A DNA stretch of 64,000 bases from positions 1-64,000 of IMG/VR virus record IMGVR_UViG_3300044568_004391; one strand, written 5' to 3'. Made by a program: the position numbers and the translations under genes. Origin of the DNA: a virus. This document shows, piece after piece, positions 20,380 to 30,008 of this stretch (positions are counted from its first letter, which is position 1; every line of letters starts with the position of its first letter). The notes beneath the pieces were generated by a model. The model saw only the letters and a list, made by a program, of their open reading frames with translations. It made no database searches and was not told the DNA's origin.

Positions 20380-21426
20380 ATGCCTATTCCAAACGTAGTT
20401 CAATTTACGGGTAATACACCACCAGTATCCTCGTTCAAATACAACAATTTTTATTTGGGTGTTCAGAATCAAGATTATGGACCAACGAGTACTACTAATT
20501 TTTGGAATGGTATATCAGTTCCAAATGGAGGATATGTTATTTATTTGAACAAAGCAACTCAAGGACCTTCAATTTATGTTCCCGAAAACGAAGAGGATGC
20601 TTTCAATCTTATGAAGATGATTTATCCCGTACCTTTAAATCCACCTACTTCTTTTTATGATTATCTAATCCAAATATTTGGGGATAATACTCGGACTGAT
20701 GGTGTTATAATTAATAGAAACTATGAAAATATCATTACAGATAATTTATACATATCTATTGATCCAAGTTTTTATATGTGTACCGTTTATAGTGGAGGAA
20801 CACCACCAACTATTAAAAATATGGTTGTACCTAATTTAACAGAGACAAATAATAATCTAAACAATATGGCGGCCAAAAGTAGTGATTTTGGTGGTATTTT
20901 AAGTTTCGATGGTGCGGATGATAAAATATCTATTTTTGATTTTGGTTTTAATACACATCTCAGATTCAGTGGTGATGTAACTTATGAATTTTTTGTTAGG
21001 ATCAAAGAACTCACAGGTGGGACAATTCCGATGTATTACAAATCACCTGTTCACGAAGGATCGCTCAGTGCTAATTCGGCAAACAAATTGGTTTATTCCT
21101 ATGGTGACGGTACAACTGCTCAAACATTTACTTCAACAACAGCATTAACAAATAATAATTGGTATCATATAGTGTTGGTAAGGGATTTAACAGGTACTCC
21201 AAAAAAATTATATTGGTATATTAACGGATCGGAGGATAAAAATGAACCCGCAACTTATAGTAGTGCAGCGACGAGCTCTGAAAGTACAACAATATTCCAA
21301 AACGGTTTTAGTGGTCAAGAATTTGCTTTTGCCGATTTAGGTGTTTTAAGAATTTATAATTCAGCACTAACTGCTGCACAAGTATCACAAAATTTTAACG
21401 CACAAAAAGGTAGATTCGGATTTTAA
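20380..21426 (+). CDS. LamG/concanavalin-A-like domain virion protein
   Basis: FDGADD, WYHIVLV, YING, LRIYNSALTAAQVSQNFNA. Confidence 0.75.
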   Translation: MPIPNVVQFTGNTPPVSSFKYNNFYLGVQNQDYGPTSTTNFWNGISVPNGGYVIYLNKATQGPSIYVPENEEDAFNLMKMIYPVPLNPPTSFYDYLIQIFGDNTRTDGVIINRNYENIITDNLYISIDPSFYMCTVYSGGTPPTIKNMVVPNLTETNNNLNNMAAKSSDFGGILSFDGADDKISIFDFGFNTHLRFSGDVTYEFFVRIKELTGGTIPMYYKSPVHEGSLSANSANKLVYSYGDGTTAQTFTSTTALTNNNWYHIVLVRDLTGTPKKLYWYINGSEDKNEPATYSSAATSSESTTIFQNGFSGQEFAFADLGVLRIYNSALTAAQVSQNFNAQKGRFGF

Positions 21427-21444
21427 AATTGATTATAATTGGTC

Positions 21445-23841
21445 ATGTATGACTTATTTAATCAACCGAGACAACCCAACTTTACAATGATAGAACAATT
21501 ACAAGGAAAAAACTTGGAGAACCCAACCGTGCAAGTCGTTTGGGAAGATGATTCAGATAGTTTTTCTCAAGAGAGGATCAAGAGAATCAAATCGTATTTC
21601 CAACAGAAGTACAACACCAAAAATGTTAATGTTATTACCAAGATCAAAACCGCTGAAAATATAATTCAGGATGTTGATTTTTCCTTTAATATCACAGATG
21701 AAAACTTCCAAAGGAAGTTAATTACCGAATATCTTAATGAAGAAGACCAAGAATTTATTGATAAGATCACTAATTTTGATAAGTCGGTCAACAATGAAAT
21801 CTCCACTCAAGACAGGGAATATATCCCGTTTAAGAAGTGGTTCTTAAAAAAGATCTCATTCTCAAACTTTCTGTCTTATGGTGAGAACCAAGTATTGGAG
21901 TATTCAGATCTAAATGGTATCACGGTTGTTGAATCCAACCCACCCAACTTCGGAGGTAAAACTATTTTGAGTGTTGACCTTTTGTTGTTTTTGTTCTTCA
22001 ATACTACAACCAAGACTTCCAAGGCTGAGGATATCTTCAATAGATTCTCAAGTTCAGATAAAGTTTCTGTTACTGGCGAAATTGTTATTGATGGAGAGGA
22101 ATATGTGATTTCACGAACGATACAGAGGAGCAAGAAGAGGATGGGGGGTTATAATGTGAAGTCCGATCTTGAATTTTATAAAAGGTTCAAGGACGGATCT
22201 ATGATCAATATGACGGGTGAACAGAGAAGGGAAACGGAGGAGTTTATCAAGAAATCTATTGGTGGTGTTGATGACTTTTTGATGACCATTGTAACTACGG
22301 GATCTAACTTGGAGGGACTTATTGACTCTAAACCAACGGCACGAGGTGAGATCCTAACAAGATTTTTGGGGTTGGATATTCTTAAAGAGAAGGAAGAAAT
22401 AGCTAAGGGTATGTATTCCACTTTTAGTAAACAAATGCTTTCTAACATTTATAATATACAAAAACTCAAAGGGGAAATTGACAACTACAATGAACTTATT
22501 GACTCCAATAAAAAGGCGGTTGGTGACCTTGAAGTTAAGATCAAAGAATGTGAAGAAAGTTTGAAGAAGGGAAAAGATTTCAGGGACGACTTGGTTCAAA
22601 AGAGGAATACCCAAATCAACGAAGATCTTCAGAAGATGTCACAAAGTGAGATTGAACTTGAAATCACAAATTGTGATGTCAAGATTCAAAAACTTAAAAC
22701 TCAGATGGATGAGGTCTATGTTGTTGAACCGAATAAGTTTTATGATGAAAAATCTCACGACGATCTTGTCTCAGAACTCAATCAGTTGATTGCCTCAAAA
22801 CTATTTTTGGAAATTGAGATTGAGAATATGGAAAAAAGGATGACATCTTATTCCGACGGATTTGAATGTGAACATTGTGGATTAAAACTTATTGGATCTG
22901 ATATTTCCAAAACTTTGGAAGGAACCATCTCTGAAAAGAAGGAAGAGTTGGGTAGGATGAATTCAAAGATTGAAACTTGGCAACAAGAAGATTCGGGATG
23001 GAAAAAACTAAAGGAAGATTTTTCTGTTTATGAAAAGAACAAACTGATCAAAGCTCGTTATGAGATTGATATTGAAGGTGAAAACTTGAACAAGAATAAG
23101 TTTGAACAACTTCTTAAGGATTTTATAAAACAACAAAACGCCATCGAGGAAAACAAAAAGATTGATGCTTTGATGATCAAAGCGGATATGAGGATTGAAC
23201 AACTTGATTCTGAAAAGTTGGGTTATAACACAAGGAAAACCACTTTGTTAAACGAGAATGACAAATATGGTGAATCCATCAAGAAAAACCAAGATCTGAT
23301 TGTTAGAATTGAAGATGAGTTTGAAAAAGAAAAGGTATATAAGAAATATCTTGAGTTGTTTGGAAAGAATGGAATTTCCAAAATCATTATGAAGAAGATG
23401 ATTCCGGTTATTAATTCCGAACTTACTAGACTTCTTATGGATTCCGCTCACTTTAGGTTGGAGGTAATTGTAAACGACAAAAACGAGGTTGAGTTTTTGA
23501 TGGTGGACAACGAAACGCAAGTCAAAAAACTTATGGCTTCGGGTTCAGGTTATGAAAAAACAATTGCAAGTCTGGCTTTAAGATCAGTCTTGAGTAGGAT
23601 TTGTTCTTTACCGAAACCTGACGTGGTTGTCTTTGATGAGGTTTTTGGAAAGATCTCCAACGAAAACTTGGATATGGTTTTGGAATTCTTCACCAAGATC
23701 AAGAAATATTTTCCCAAGATTTTTATCATCTCTCACAACGAACTTATTAACCAGTGGGCGGACAATATCGTCAAGGTGGAAAAGAATGAAAATGTCTCAA
23801 GGGTAGTCAGTTCCAAGAATGTCTTATCCCGAATGGTCTAA
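21445..23841 (+). CDS. sbcC: SbcC/Rad50-like ATPase with N-terminal extension
   Basis: NFLSY, NFGGKT Walker A, CEHC hook, SGYEK signature, VFDE Walker B, IISH. Confidence 0.85.
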   Translation: MYDLFNQPRQPNFTMIEQLQGKNLENPTVQVVWEDDSDSFSQERIKRIKSYFQQKYNTKNVNVITKIKTAENIIQDVDFSFNITDENFQRKLITEYLNEEDQEFIDKITNFDKSVNNEISTQDREYIPFKKWFLKKISFSNFLSYGENQVLEYSDLNGITVVESNPPNFGGKTILSVDLLLFLFFNTTTKTSKAEDIFNRFSSSDKVSVTGEIVIDGEEYVISRTIQRSKKRMGGYNVKSDLEFYKRFKDGSMINMTGEQRRETEEFIKKSIGGVDDFLMTIVTTGSNLEGLIDSKPTARGEILTRFLGLDILKEKEEIAKGMYSTFSKQMLSNIYNIQKLKGEIDNYNELIDSNKKAVGDLEVKIKECEESLKKGKDFRDDLVQKRNTQINEDLQKMSQSEIELEITNCDVKIQKLKTQMDEVYVVEPNKFYDEKSHDDLVSELNQLIASKLFLEIEIENMEKRMTSYSDGFECEHCGLKLIGSDISKTLEGTISEKKEELGRMNSKIETWQQEDSGWKKLKEDFSVYEKNKLIKARYEIDIEGENLNKNKFEQLLKDFIKQQNAIEENKKIDALMIKADMRIEQLDSEKLGYNTRKTTLLNENDKYGESIKKNQDLIVRIEDEFEKEKVYKKYLELFGKNGISKIIMKKMIPVINSELTRLLMDSAHFRLEVIVNDKNEVEFLMVDNETQVKKLMASGSGYEKTIASLALRSVLSRICSLPKPDVVVFDEVFGKISNENLDMVLEFFTKIKKYFPKIFIISHNELINQWADNIVKVEKNENVSRVVSSKNVLSRMV

Positions 23842-23842
23842 A

Positions 23843-23874
23843 TTTGGTTTTTGGGGATTTATTCCTTATCTTTG
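23843..23874 (+). promoter_or_regulatory. Bacteroidota-type promoter
   Basis: TTTG-N20-TATCTTTG. Confidence 0.65.
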
Positions 23875-23892
23875 TAAAATGAATCAAACTTT

Positions 23893-24588
23893 ATGGAATT
23901 TCAGATTTTTGCTCTCGTACTATTATTTATTCCAATAGATTTTTTTTTCATTTATAAAATTTTTCACAAAACCAATATATCTATTAATAAGCCTAAGAGT
24001 ATGAATATTCCGACTCAATCATATATGGTAATCATTTTTGGTGATTTTCACCGAAAAGAACAAAAGATGTCCAATATAATTTATGCTCTTTCCCCGATGG
24101 CTGACTCCAAGAATATTAGATTTGTATATTCTGAATCACATCTTATAGTACACTTCACATCGAGTATGGAGTTTCCTGAACTTCAACGATTGGTTGACCT
24201 TGCCATCCACTCCGAGTGTGACCTTTACCTTTTCTTTAATTACAACGAAAAGTTCGCAGTGAAGATGCAACCCGAAATTTTTACCCACCTCTTCGATTGG
24301 AATAAAGATAGTGAGTCGGTAAATTTAGATCTTAGAGACAACAGCCTTTCAAAGATGGGTTTTGGTCCCAATAACGAGGACATCAAGATTATGATGATGG
24401 GTATTGATTTTGACCCTTTTGCTGGTCTACAAGAAACTTTGTTTAAAAAGCCCAAACCAAAGAAAGTTGAACTACCTTTGGACATGGACTCTATCCTTGA
24501 GAAGATCAGTAAGAGGGGTATTGATTCCCTAACCAAACGAGAAAAAGAATTCTTAAAAAACATTTCCAACAATAATGAAGAAAGTTGA
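23893..24588 (+). CDS. hypothetical protein with C-terminal DUF6576-like motif
   Basis: MDSILEKISKRGIDSLTKREKEFL; start could be 24001. Confidence 0.55.
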   Translation: MEFQIFALVLLFIPIDFFFIYKIFHKTNISINKPKSMNIPTQSYMVIIFGDFHRKEQKMSNIIYALSPMADSKNIRFVYSESHLIVHFTSSMEFPELQRLVDLAIHSECDLYLFFNYNEKFAVKMQPEIFTHLFDWNKDSESVNLDLRDNSLSKMGFGPNNEDIKIMMMGIDFDPFAGLQETLFKKPKPKKVELPLDMDSILEKISKRGIDSLTKREKEFLKNISNNNEES

Positions 24589-25384
24589 AACCAAAAACAC
24601 AGGGATTTCTATTAACCAAGAAGAAATCCAAACTTACTTGAAGGATCTTCGCAAGATTGATGTGATGACTCCTCAACGAGAAAAAGAACTTGCGGCTAAA
24701 ATCCTTGAAGGGAACTGTACCCAAAGGGAGATCAAAGAAATTGAACAAGAACTTATCGAGGGTAACCTTCGTTTTGTGATTACAGTTGCCAAACAATATC
24801 AAAATCAGGGTCTTGATATGGCTGACTTGATTGCTGAAGGTAATATCGGACTTATCAAAGCCATCAAAAACTTCGATTGGAGTAAGAACCTCAGGTTTAT
24901 CTCTTATGCTGTTTGGTGGATCCGTCAATCGATTCTTCAATCCTTGAATGAAAATGCCCGCACCATCCGACTACCTGTAAATGTGGTACAAGATCTTCAT
25001 CGAGCAAAGAAAGAGGCGGAGAACGGGATCAAAGAGTTGGAGGACAAATTCAATAGTCTTCCTTCCACTATATCACTCAATGACCATATCAATGATGAAG
25101 GTGATGGACTGATTGATCTTATTGAGAACCACGACTCCCTACGTCCTGACGAGTTTTTTGATGAGAAGGGAACCCTCAGGTCAAAGATGATCAATATGAT
25201 GCAAATCCTTGATGAACGGGAAAAACAAATAGTCGAGGACTATTTTGGTCTTTATGGAACACCTCGTACCTTGGAGGATATCGGAAACGATTTTTCTCTG
25301 ACCAAGGAACGTGTAAGACAGATTAAAGAGAAGGCTTTGAGAAAACTTCGTAATGAATCGTCTGTTCTTTTCGATTATTTGTAA
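24575..25384 (+). CDS. rpoD: sigma-70 family factor, Bacteroidota primary-sigma-like
   Basis: NLRFVITVAKQYQNQG, DLIAEGNIGLIKA, FISYAVWWIRQSILQ, LTKERVRQIKEKAL; no region 1.1. Confidence 0.9.
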   Translation: MKKVETKNTGISINQEEIQTYLKDLRKIDVMTPQREKELAAKILEGNCTQREIKEIEQELIEGNLRFVITVAKQYQNQGLDMADLIAEGNIGLIKAIKNFDWSKNLRFISYAVWWIRQSILQSLNENARTIRLPVNVVQDLHRAKKEAENGIKELEDKFNSLPSTISLNDHINDEGDGLIDLIENHDSLRPDEFFDEKGTLRSKMINMMQILDEREKQIVEDYFGLYGTPRTLEDIGNDFSLTKERVRQIKEKALRKLRNESSVLFDYL

Positions 25385-25413
25385 TATCATCTATTTATAT
25401 ATAAATTAAAGTC

Positions 25414-25698
25414 ATGAGTAAATTTAAAAACTACGTCGATTATGTGATTCTTTTTTTCGTGTTCATCACATTTGTTAGAACATGCGGAATCTCCAATAAG
25501 GTTGAAAAAAATACCGATGAAATTGAATCTATCAAAACAACTCTCACTGAGGTGAAGGATCAAAATGTAACACAAGAAGAACTTACAAATACATTAGAAA
25601 CAACAACATTTTGGCAGACCTTGAGAGTTGAGGAGATTTCAGATAAAGAAAAGATCTCCATAAACGCTCTCCAAGCAAAAGACAAAACAAATAAATAA
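25414..25698 (+). CDS. small membrane-anchored protein
   Basis: N-terminal hydrophobic helix followed by Cys. Confidence 0.55.
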   Translation: MSKFKNYVDYVILFFVFITFVRTCGISNKVEKNTDEIESIKTTLTEVKDQNVTQEELTNTLETTTFWQTLRVEEISDKEKISINALQAKDKTNK

Positions 25699-26444
25699 TG
25701 AGATCTTGGATCAGGAAAAATTTAAAAACCATCATCACAACGACATTCATCATCCCAATTTTACTGGTTGCATTTGTTTCAATATCCCATGTGACCACAT
25801 TCTATGAGTTATCCAACCCAATCACTTGGGCGATATATCTTTCATTGGCAATTGAGGTTGCAGCGTTGAGCGCTCTTGCCGCGGTCTCAGTGAAATTAGG
25901 AAACTTTGTTTATGTCCCCTTTGGAATTGTTACCCTCATTCAATTTGTGGGTAACATTTTCTTTTCATATAGTTACATAAATGAGACCTCACAGTATTTC
26001 TTGGATTGGATTGGTTTGGTTGGTCCAATTATCGAACCGATGGGTATTGAATCTGATGACATAGTAGGTCACAAAAGATTTTTATCGATTATTTCAGGAG
26101 GATTACTTCCTTTGATTTCTTTGACATTTATTCATATGTTGGTTAAGTATACCAATGAAAACAAACCTGATGCTATTAAGGAACCTATCCCCGTCAAAGA
26201 GATAGATATTGACGAACTATCCAAGTTGGCAGGAAAACAAGAAGTTTCGGATAATGATTTGGCTTACAAACCAACATCTGAAGATCTCGAAAAACTCGAG
26301 AAAATGTTAACCAAAGTTCAACCTGTTGAACCCGTGGTAGAACAACCCAATATCGAAGTAACAATCGAAGCTGTTCAACCCGTTCAACCTGAACAACCAC
26401 AAACCGATAATATAGAAGGGAAAAGATTAGTTTACTCAAAGTAA
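25698..26444 (+). CDS. multi-pass membrane protein (possible lysis protein)
   Basis: About 4 hydrophobic segments; directly upstream of the amidase-like gene. Confidence 0.5.
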   Translation: MRSWIRKNLKTIITTTFIIPILLVAFVSISHVTTFYELSNPITWAIYLSLAIEVAALSALAAVSVKLGNFVYVPFGIVTLIQFVGNIFFSYSYINETSQYFLDWIGLVGPIIEPMGIESDDIVGHKRFLSIISGGLLPLISLTFIHMLVKYTNENKPDAIKEPIPVKEIDIDELSKLAGKQEVSDNDLAYKPTSEDLEKLEKMLTKVQPVEPVVEQPNIEVTIEAVQPVQPEQPQTDNIEGKRLVYSK

Positions 26445-27040
26445 TGAAAATCAATAAGAAAAATATTCTAATTAGAAACTTTCGTGAGTCAGAAAAAACT
26501 CAAGTTATATTAACTCACACTTCAAGAAATTTCAAAGACTATCTTGAGTCCTTGAAAAATAGATACAACGGAAATTATCTAAAACTCCCACATTACATCA
26601 TCGAAAAGGGAGGTCAGGTTCATCAGATAGTTGAAGATAAAAAGGTTTCGGCTTTTTTTAGAAACAACAAAATAAATTCAAAAGTAATCGTAATCAGTTT
26701 GGAAAATTACGGATGGGTCAGGAAAAATCCATTATCCAATCAATATTCTAACTGGATCGGAGATTCTGTTTCACAAGTCCAAGAAAAGAAATGGAGAAAC
26801 CACAATTTTTGGGATAAGTATAGTGAAAAACAAATTCAATCTTTATCAGACCTTTTAAGATATTTATTTGATAAACATAAAATAGAATCGAACTTCGTAG
26901 GTCACAATGTGAAAATTGATGGTGTTGAAAATTTCAAAGGTGTTACATCACTGAGTAACTACGAGAGACGATCAACAAAATTAAATCCGTCTTTTGATTT
27001 TATAAATTTTAAAAAACAATTTGAAAATGAACCAATATGA
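26444..27040 (+). CDS. N-acetylmuramoyl-L-alanine amidase-like (Amidase_2) protein
   Basis: ILTHT, HYIIEKGGQVHQ, ISLEN, Y.EKQIQSL..LL, VGH. Confidence 0.65.
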   Translation: MKINKKNILIRNFRESEKTQVILTHTSRNFKDYLESLKNRYNGNYLKLPHYIIEKGGQVHQIVEDKKVSAFFRNNKINSKVIVISLENYGWVRKNPLSNQYSNWIGDSVSQVQEKKWRNHNFWDKYSEKQIQSLSDLLRYLFDKHKIESNFVGHNVKIDGVENFKGVTSLSNYERRSTKLNPSFDFINFKKQFENEPI

Positions 27041-27563
27041 TGAAATAAAGAAAATGTTGAAACTCTCTAAGGGGATGTTGATTGAGCAGGTTGAAGATGA
27101 GAGAATAAATATTGCCAAAGATATTGAAGACAGGATTGAAGATGATGTCAAGACAGAGAAATCTATGGACTTCGAACAAGAATATAGAGTTTCTGGTGGT
27201 TTGATTAGGATGTATGGTGACTCCAAACAGGAGACCGAAATTACCTCGTTGGAGAAAGAAACTTTCCAAGAAACGATGGAAGAGTTTGTCAGTGAAGTAA
27301 CTGAACTCGTTGATTTTGATACACTTATTCTTTATCCGAATACGGTCACATGGTCCGGCAAGATAATTGAATCCAATATAGAGTTTAATATGACTATCGG
27401 AGAAGAAAATGGTGTATACATAAACGGAGATATGATGAAACTAGATGATGAACTTGTCGGACTTATTGAAAAACTTAAGCAGTTTTATGTTAAATTTAAA
27501 ACGAAGTGGGGTAAAGTTCTCGGATCCAGAAAGAAGACCGGACCCGAAGAAGGAAATGAATGA
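27027..27563 (+). CDS. hypothetical protein
   Basis: Acidic ORF, operonic. Confidence 0.6.
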   Translation: MNQYDEIKKMLKLSKGMLIEQVEDERINIAKDIEDRIEDDVKTEKSMDFEQEYRVSGGLIRMYGDSKQETEITSLEKETFQETMEEFVSEVTELVDFDTLILYPNTVTWSGKIIESNIEFNMTIGEENGVYINGDMMKLDDELVGLIEKLKQFYVKFKTKWGKVLGSRKKTGPEEGNE

Positions 27564-28389
27564 AGAAAAAAAAATCAGGTTGACTGATTTGATCTCAATA
27601 ATCACAATTGTGGTGTTGGGATTTTTTCTTTTAAAAGGGTGTAACGAAGTTGAATATTATAAAGGTCTCAATGACCAAAACACAAAGGCATTAACCGATA
27701 CGGTTGAATACTACAAGGGTAGTTACACCAAGGCGATTTATATCGCAAACAACGAAAGGATGGCGGGAAAAATTGCGGAAAAAGATGAGGAGATACAGAT
27801 TCTTTTAGAAAAAATCAAAAAATTAAAAGCAAAACCTGGAACAGTTATTTACATAGAACCAAAATACAACAATAGTGTTGTTGTAAGTTCAAATCTACAA
27901 CAGGTGAATGATTCAACATATCAATTAACCTTTGCCGATACTAACTTGGTGAGGAGTATTAAAGGTAATGCAAGTATATTCCTTAAAAAACAAACAACTG
28001 AACAGATTGTTGGTAATGAATTAAACTTAACCAATAAATTTTCTCTTTATTTAGAGGAAGACAGTGGAGTTGTGGTAGAAGATAAATTGAATTTTGGATT
28101 GGGTATTTCACTTGTTGAATCGAAAGAAGGATATCAAGAAGTGGTTGTAACTCCACTCTCAAGAGTTGGTGATCAAATGGTGGAAATACCAAAAGATTTA
28201 TTGGATATTCCAATTATAAAAGGACTTAGGATCGAAAAACCACAAGAGGTTATTGAACCCGACTGGTTGGTTAGTTTTGGGTTTTCCGCGGCAGTCGGAA
28301 TAAATCCATTTAATCTCAGACCTGATTTTGTTATTGGACCATCTATTAGTATAGGGAAAAGAATTAATTTGAATTTCAATAAGAAATAA
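27556..28389 (+). CDS. membrane-anchored coiled-coil protein (possible spanin-like)
   Basis: TM helix ending LLKGC, then coiled coil; ATG at 27556 preferred over the ORF-track start. Confidence 0.45.
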   Translation: MNEEKKIRLTDLISIITIVVLGFFLLKGCNEVEYYKGLNDQNTKALTDTVEYYKGSYTKAIYIANNERMAGKIAEKDEEIQILLEKIKKLKAKPGTVIYIEPKYNNSVVVSSNLQQVNDSTYQLTFADTNLVRSIKGNASIFLKKQTTEQIVGNELNLTNKFSLYLEEDSGVVVEDKLNFGLGISLVESKEGYQEVVVTPLSRVGDQMVEIPKDLLDIPIIKGLRIEKPQEVIEPDWLVSFGFSAAVGINPFNLRPDFVIGPSISIGKRINLNFNKK

Positions 28390-29570
28390 TGAAAGAGATA
28401 ATAAAAAAGGTCCTTAAAGAAGCTGTAGGTGTTCCTGAAGGAATATATGAAGCGGCTGTGATTTTATACGATGAATTTTTAAAAAATATAGACACTAAAA
28501 TTAAACTTGACGAGGATGGGGAGTTTGAGTTTAATATTCCATTATCAGATCCGATTCAAATATCTGATATGATAGTAAACTCAGCCAAAATAGTATTGGA
28601 GATTATTTCAAAAGATGAAGAAATAGAAACCACATTGATTGGTGCGGGTGTCAAAGCCTCCGATCCCAAAGCAATGAGAGGGGTGGGTAAAAAAATCAAA
28701 TTAGATTTAATTCCAATAGAAAATTCAATAAGAATACAAATTAGTTTTGTGGTTAGTGAAGATAAATTGAATGATTTGAATAAAGAATTGAAGAACTTTA
28801 TTATTGAACCACAAAATAAGAATGTGATTATCCAAGATTTTACTCACGAACTCAAACATTTATATGATGAAGTAAAAAATAGAACGAAAGATTTTGAAGA
28901 ACTTGTGGACTATCAAAGTAGTGTAAGGTTTATTAAGGATCCAAGTATTCCTGTATGTGTTCCGATGAGACAAATGTTTTTCTTACTTTATTATTTCGAC
29001 GTAAATGAGAATTCTGTCAGAGCATCTGAACTTTATTCCATAATGAAAACAAATAATATAACGAAAGAAAAATTTTATGACGAATTCCTTAAAACTTACT
29101 TTTATGAGAATTTATCTATGGCAAGGAACTTTTCCAAAAACTCTTTGGTTGAGGAATTGAAAAATGATTATATGGGGTGTGTGAGTGACATTTACGAAAT
29201 GACTGAAGGACCTGAAACAGAAGACGATTATCAAAAAATAGAATATGTGTTGAATAAATTACCGATGGTTCTTGGTCACGTATCTTCAAACATGTGGCAA
29301 AACATATTTCACGTTTATTCATCAGCACTTGATAAAAAAGGTCCTTTCGAAAAGATGATGATGAAAGTATTGGGTATGGAATCCGAGTTCGATAAACTCG
29401 GAGAAAAATATTTTCCAAGATATATACAAAAATTAAAGAATTTTGCAGAAAATCCTGATAAAATGTATGATCTTATCGAAAAAAAGCTTAAATTTGCGTC
29501 AAATAAAGTTGCAAAGAAAATCGTAAAGGTGTATTCACTCCTACCAAGTGAAAACGAAATAAAAAACTAA
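28389..29570 (+). CDS. hypothetical protein with HExxH motif and N-terminal IIKKVLKE leader
   Basis: THELKH followed by a downstream E (NENSVR). Confidence 0.55.
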   Translation: MKEIIKKVLKEAVGVPEGIYEAAVILYDEFLKNIDTKIKLDEDGEFEFNIPLSDPIQISDMIVNSAKIVLEIISKDEEIETTLIGAGVKASDPKAMRGVGKKIKLDLIPIENSIRIQISFVVSEDKLNDLNKELKNFIIEPQNKNVIIQDFTHELKHLYDEVKNRTKDFEELVDYQSSVRFIKDPSIPVCVPMRQMFFLLYYFDVNENSVRASELYSIMKTNNITKEKFYDEFLKTYFYENLSMARNFSKNSLVEELKNDYMGCVSDIYEMTEGPETEDDYQKIEYVLNKLPMVLGHVSSNMWQNIFHVYSSALDKKGPFEKMMMKVLGMESEFDKLGEKYFPRYIQKLKNFAENPDKMYDLIEKKLKFASNKVAKKIVKVYSLLPSENEIKN

Positions 29571-29582
29571 AACCAAAATACA

Positions 29583-29717
29583 ATGTCAAACTACATCAAT
29601 TATGAATGGTATGTAAAACAATTCAAGGACCAAAGATTCGAGAAGAAAAATTATGACATGTACAAGAAGTTCTTCGAAGAATTGAATACTCCAAAGAATG
29701 AAAAAGAACCCTCCTAA
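29583..29717 (+). CDS. 44-aa hypothetical protein (not in ORF track)
   Basis: MSNYINYEWYVKQFKDQRFEKKNYDMYKKFFEELNTPKNEKEPS; stop lies in the terminator loop. Confidence 0.55.
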   Translation: MSNYINYEWYVKQFKDQRFEKKNYDMYKKFFEELNTPKNEKEPS

Positions 29718-29729
29718 GGAGGGTTTTTT
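29707..29729 (+). terminator. intrinsic terminator
   Basis: aaccctcc-taa-ggagggtt followed by a T run. Confidence 0.8.
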
Positions 29730-29765
29730 ATTATCCGTATATTTATCATTATAAATCAAATTATT

Positions 29766-30008
29766 ATGGCCTTAAGTAAGACAGAAAAAGATCAAATAGA
29801 GGTGATGATCCGAAAGGAAATCAAGGACTTTATGAATGCAAATACGGTCAAACAATTTGAAAATAAACTGATCGATGAGTTAAAAAAAGAAATCAAAAAC
29901 GGAAAATTGGATCGTGATATCAAGGGTATTGTCAGTGATGTTATGATTGATTTTTATCGTTTGATGTGGACAAAACGATCATTTTGGGAACCAGAATTAA
30001 GAAAATGA
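29766..30008 (+). CDS. hypothetical protein
   Basis: ORF downstream of a TATTTAT motif. Confidence 0.6.
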   Translation: MALSKTEKDQIEVMIRKEIKDFMNANTVKQFENKLIDELKKEIKNGKLDRDIKGIVSDVMIDFYRLMWTKRSFWEPELRK

